Below are positions 59,709 through 64,000 of a stretch of 64,000 nt of DNA, in pieces. How positions within the stretch are numbered: position 1 is the first letter of the stretch; each line of letters starts with the position of its first letter. The stretch spans positions 310,001-374,000 of the forward strand of contig NIVC01000754.1 of assembly GCA_002269645.1 (NCBI GenBank), given 5' to 3'. The DNA is from Macrostomum lignano. Its lineage: Eukaryota. Under the pieces are notes generated by a model. That model saw only the letters and a program-made list of their open reading frames with translations, ran no database searches and was not told where the DNA came from. Position numbers and translations under genes: made by a program.

Positions 59709-62700
59709 TTATTGCAAAATCATTCTTTTGCTTATTTTTCTTCTTCTTGTTCTTTTGCGTTTACTTTTGCTTTTGCTTTTGCTTCTGCTTCTGCTATTGC
59801 GACGGGGAGCAACTTGAGCCAAGCGACGCTTCACCCAGCGCTGAACGGTTCGACGACCGCGGTATCGCATTGATCGGCTGATTTTTTTTACCTTGCGAAA
59901 AATGATTTTCTTAAAACGGCGTCGGCTAGACCAACTTCGAAGCACCTGGCGTTTTACAATCCTCCTGCCGCGCCTCAGCATCTTCCGTTTCTCTCTTCGC
60001 AGTTGAATTCGGATAGTTCGTCGGAGAACTTTCATGCCTTGCCTTAGTTTCTTTTTGATGCGTCTAGAACTTAGTCTGGAGACTCGAACGCGTCTTCTCA
60101 CTGACTTTCTTGATGCTCGCCGAGCCCGTCGAGCTGCTCGGCGTTTGAGTCGTCTTAGTATTGATCGACTAGCCGCACGACTGGCTCTTCGTACATTACG
60201 TCTGACCCTACTGACAGGCTTAGAAACTTCTTTCAAAATGTCTTGCAAACAGGCCAGCTTACTAGACTGCTCTAAAAAGTGAAAAAGACAAGTGCGTAAA
60301 TTAAAACAATAGTTAGATCAGGGAGAAAATATGGGGAACAAGGAATAAAATATGCAAGAAGACAATAGTGCTTACTTGGCAAACAAACTCTAACACCACG
60401 AAGAGCCGCTTTAAAGTTCTTCTTTGCGATTTTTAGCTTAGCATTCACAGATGAAACAAAATCTTTCTTTTCCGTCTCCGAAAAATCTCTAGAACCGACA
60501 CGTTCCAACGACTTTCGAAGAAGACGCTTTGCATTGCGCCACAGAGCTATGTCTTTTTCAGACAAAATAGTGAAGCACTCCTCGCTTTCAGAAATGCCTA
60601 ATGAGTCTCCGAAAAACTTCAGCAGCTCATTCGAAGACGCAAAAAGACGTCTCTTTGAAGCGCGCCTACGTCTTCGGATTGCCAGTTTGCGTCGTCGGAT
60701 TGCAAGTCTGCGTCTTCGGATTGCAGCACCTCTTTTGGCAGCGCGTCTCTTGGCAGCGCGTCTCTTTGCAGCGCGTCTCTTTGCCGCGCGTCTCTTTGCT
60801 GCGCGTCTCTTGGCAGCGCGTCTCTTGGCAGCGCGTTTGCGTCTTCGGATTGCTAGTCTGCGTCTTCGGATTGCAGCGCGTCTCTTTGCAGCGCGTCTCT
60901 TTGCAGCGCGTCTCTTGGCAGCGCGTCTCTTTGCCGCGCGTCTCTTTGCTGCGCGTCTCTTTGCAGCGCGCCTACGTCTTCGAATTGCCAGTTTGCGTCG
61001 TTGGATTGCGAGTCTGCGTCTTCGGATTGCAGCGCGTCTCTTTGCTGCGCGTCTCTTGGCAGCGCGTCTCTTTGCAGCGCGTCTTCGTCTTCGGATTGCC
61101 GCGCGTCTCTTTGCTGCGCGTCTCTTTGCAGCGCGTCTCTTGGCAGCGCGCCTACTTCTTCGGATTGCCAGTTTGCGTCTTCGGATTGCCAGTTTGCGTC
61201 TACGGATTGCCAGTTTGCGTCTTCGGATTGCTAGTTTGCGTCTACGGATTGCCGCGCGTCTTTTGGCAGCGCGTCTCTTAGCAGCGCGTCTCTTTGCAGC
61301 GCGTCTCTTTGCTGCGCGTCTTTTGGCAGCGCGTCTCTTTGCAGCGCGCCTACGTCTTCGGATTGCCAGTTTGCGTCGTCGGATTGCGAGTCTGCGTCTT
61401 CGGATTGCAGCACGTCTCTTTGCAGCACGTCTCTTTGCTGCGCGTCTCTTGGCAGCGCGTCTCTTTGCAGCGCGTCTTCGTCTTCGGATTGCCGCGCGTC
61501 TCTTGGCAGCGCGTCTCTTTGCAGCGCGTCTCTTGGCAGCGCGTCTCTTTGCCGCGCGTCTTTTTGCTGCGCGTCTCTTTGCAGCGCGCCTACGTCTTCG
61601 GATTGCCAGTTTGCGTCGTCGGATTGCGAGTCTGCGTTTTCGAATAGTCATTCTGCGTCTTCGGATTGCCAGTCTGCGTCTTCGGATTGCCAGTCTGCGT
61701 TTTCGAATTGCCAGTCTGCGTCTTCGGATTTGGAGTCTGCGTCTACGGATTGCCGCGCGTCTCTTTGCTGCGCGTCTCTTTGCTGCGCGTCTCTTTGCAG
61801 AGCGCCTACGTCTTCGAATTGCCAGTTTGCGTCGTCGGATTGCGAGTCTGCGTCTTCGGATTGCAGCGCGTCTCTTTGCAGCGCGTCTCTTTGCAGCGCG
61901 TCTCTTGGCAGCGCGTCTCTTTGCAGCGCGTCTCTTTGCAGCGCGTCTTCGTCTTCGGATTTGGAGTCTGCGTCTACGGATTGCCGCGCGTCTCTTGGCA
62001 GCGCGTCTCTTTGCAGCGCGTCTCTTGGCAGCGCGTCTCTTTGCCGCGCGTCTCTTTGCTGCGCGTCTCTTTGCAGCGCGCCTACGTCTTCGGATTGCCA
62101 GTTTGCGTCGTCGGATTGCGAGTCTGCGTCTTCGGATTGCAGCGCGTCTCTTTGCAGCGCGTCTCTTGGCAGCGCGTCTCTTGGCAGCGCGTCTGCGTCT
62201 TCGGATTGCCAGTTTGCGTCGTCGGATTGCGAGTCTGCGTTTTCGAATAGCCAGTCTGCGTCTTCGGATTGCCAGTCTGCGTTTTCGAATTGCCAGTCTG
62301 CGTCTTCGGATTGCGAGTCTGCGTCTTCGGATTGCAGCGCGTCTCTTGCAGCGCGTCTCTTTGCAGCGCGTCTCTTGGCAGCGCGCCTGCGTCTTCGGAT
62401 TGCCAGTTTGCGTCGTCGGATTGCGAGTCTGCGTCTTCGGATTGCAGCGCGTCTCTTTGCAGCGCGTCTCTTTGCAGCGCGTCTCTTGGCAGCGCGCCTG
62501 CGTCTTCGGATTGCCAGTTTGCGTCGTCGGATTGCGAGTCTGCGTCTTCGGATTGCAGCGCGTCTCTTTGCAGCGCGTCTCTTTGCAGCGCGTCTCTTGG
62601 CAGCGCGTCTCTTTGCCGCGCGTCTCTTTGCTGCGCGTCTCTTTGCAGCGCGCCTACGTCTTCGGATTGCCAGTTTGCGTCGTCGGATTGCGAGTCTGCG

Positions 62701-64000
62701 TCTTCGGATTGCAGCGCGTCTCTTTGCAGCGCGTCTCTTGGCAGCGCGTCTCTTGGCAGCGCGTCTGCGTCTTCGGATTGCCAGTTTGCGTCGTCGGATT
62801 GCGAGTCTGCGTTTTCGAATAGCCAGTCTGCGTCTTCGGATTGCCAGTCTGCGTTTTCGAATTGCCAGTCTGCGTCTTCGGATTGCGAGTCTGCGTCTTC
62901 GGATTGCAGCGCGTCTCTTGGCAGCGCGTCTCTTTGCAGCGCGCCTACGTCTTTGGATTGCCAGTTTGCGTCGTCGGATTGCGAGTCTTCGTCTTCGGAT
63001 TGCAGCGCGTCTCTTTGCAGCGCGTCTCTTTGCAGCGCGTCTCTTTGCAGCGCGTCTCTTGGCAGCGCGTCTCTTTGCAGCGCGTCTTCGTCTTCGGATT
63101 TGGAGTCTGCGTCTACGGATTACCGTGCGTCTCTTGGCAGCGCGTCTCTTTGCAGCTCGTCTCTTGGCAGCGCGTCTCTTGGCAGCGCGTCTCTTGGCAG
63201 CGCGTCTCTTGGCTGCGCGCCTACGTCTTCGGATTGCCAATTTGCGTCGTCGGATTGCGAGTCTGCGTCTTCGGATTGCAGCGCGTCTCTTAGCCGCGCG
63301 TCTCTTTGCTGCGCGTCTCTTGGAAGCGCGTCTGCGTCTTCGGATTGCGAGTCTGCGTCTTCGGATTGCAGCACCTCTTTTGGCAGCGCGTCTCTTGGCA
63401 GCGCGTCTCTTTGCAGCGCGTCTCTTTGCCGCGCGTCTCTTTGCCGCGCGTCTCTTTGCCGCGCGTCTCTTTGCTGCGCGTCTCTTGGAAGCGCGTCTGC
63501 GTCTTCGGATTGCGAGTCTGCGTCTTCGGATTGCAGCACGTCTCTTTGCAGCGCGTCTCTTTGCTGCGCGTCTCTTGGCAGCGCGTCTGCGTCTTCGGAT
63601 TGCCAGTTTGCGTCGTCGGATTGCGAGTCTGCGTCTTCGGATTGCAGCGCGTCTCTTAGCCGCGCGTCTCTTTGCTGCGCGTCTCTTGGCAGCGCGTCTG
63701 CGTCTTCGGATTGCGAGTCTTCGTCTTCGGATTGCAGCGCGTCTCTTTGCAGCGCGTCTCTTGGCAGCGCGTCTCTTGGCAGCGCGTCTCTTTGCAGCGC
63801 GTCTGCGTTTTCGGATTGCCAGTTTGCGTCTACGGATTGCTGCGCGTCTCTTGGCAGCGCGTCTCTTTGCAGCGCGTCTCTTGGCAGCGCGTCTCTTTGC
63901 CGCGCGTCTCTTTGCTGCGCGTCTCTTTGCAGCGCGCCTACGTCTTCGGATTGCCAGTTTGCGTCGTCGGATTGCGAGTCTGCGTCTTCGGATTGCAGCG
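59709..64000 (-). CDS. Very large Arg/Ala/Lys-rich repetitive basic protein (AAKRR and LAIRRRR repeats), 5' end outside the window; exons >64000-60376 and 60271-59709; one 1-nt frameshift near 62347
   Basis: Repeat variation is almost entirely synonymous (GCA/GCC/GCT/GCG). A 104-nt GT-AG intron (CCAA|GTAAGC ... CTTTTTAG|AG) joins the repeat-plus-unique domain in phase to a 187-codon Arg-rich exon; AATAAA lies ~30 nt after the stop. Confidence 0.82.

Noticed and set aside
60534-62822. 762-aa plus-strand ORF (AARLF repeats)
   Set aside because: Antisense shadow of the AAKRR gene; the splice sites, poly(A) signal and unique domain all support the minus strand.

Overview
Eukaryotic (animal, probably invertebrate) genomic DNA, rich in satellites and microsatellites, with GT-AG spliced genes. 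The overall style resembles free-living flatworm (Macrostomum-like) genomes, but that assignment is only a guess. Host genes reconstructed by hand: an inositol polyphosphate multikinase (IPMK) with one frameshift and no clear ATG (+, ~11.5-12.4 kb); a six-exon ephrin spread over 24 kb (-, 39390->15547); a four-exon ODF3/SHIPPO1-family ciliary protein (+, 42290-45815); a beta-propeller-like orphan gene (-, 47367-49769); and the 3' part of a very large Arg/Ala/Lys-repeat protein gene (AAKRR repeats; -, >64000->59709). The standout feature is an 8,396-bp Polinton/Maverick-type endogenous viral element (49773-58168) with AGTAGT...ACTACT ends, a 6-bp CATATG target-site duplication and terminal inverted repeats built from 47-bp hairpin units. 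It carries open ORFs for a tandem-PC4 protein, a chromodomain rve integrase, a minor capsid protein, a basic core-like protein and a Cys-rich orphan, plus a truncated major capsid gene. No DNA polymerase, packaging ATPase or protease is recognisable in it. Also present: four copies of a tRNA-derived SINE (one flanked by a 182-bp direct duplication), a 596-bp foldback/MITE, and about 20 tandem-repeat arrays. No rRNA, clear tRNA gene or CRISPR array was found.
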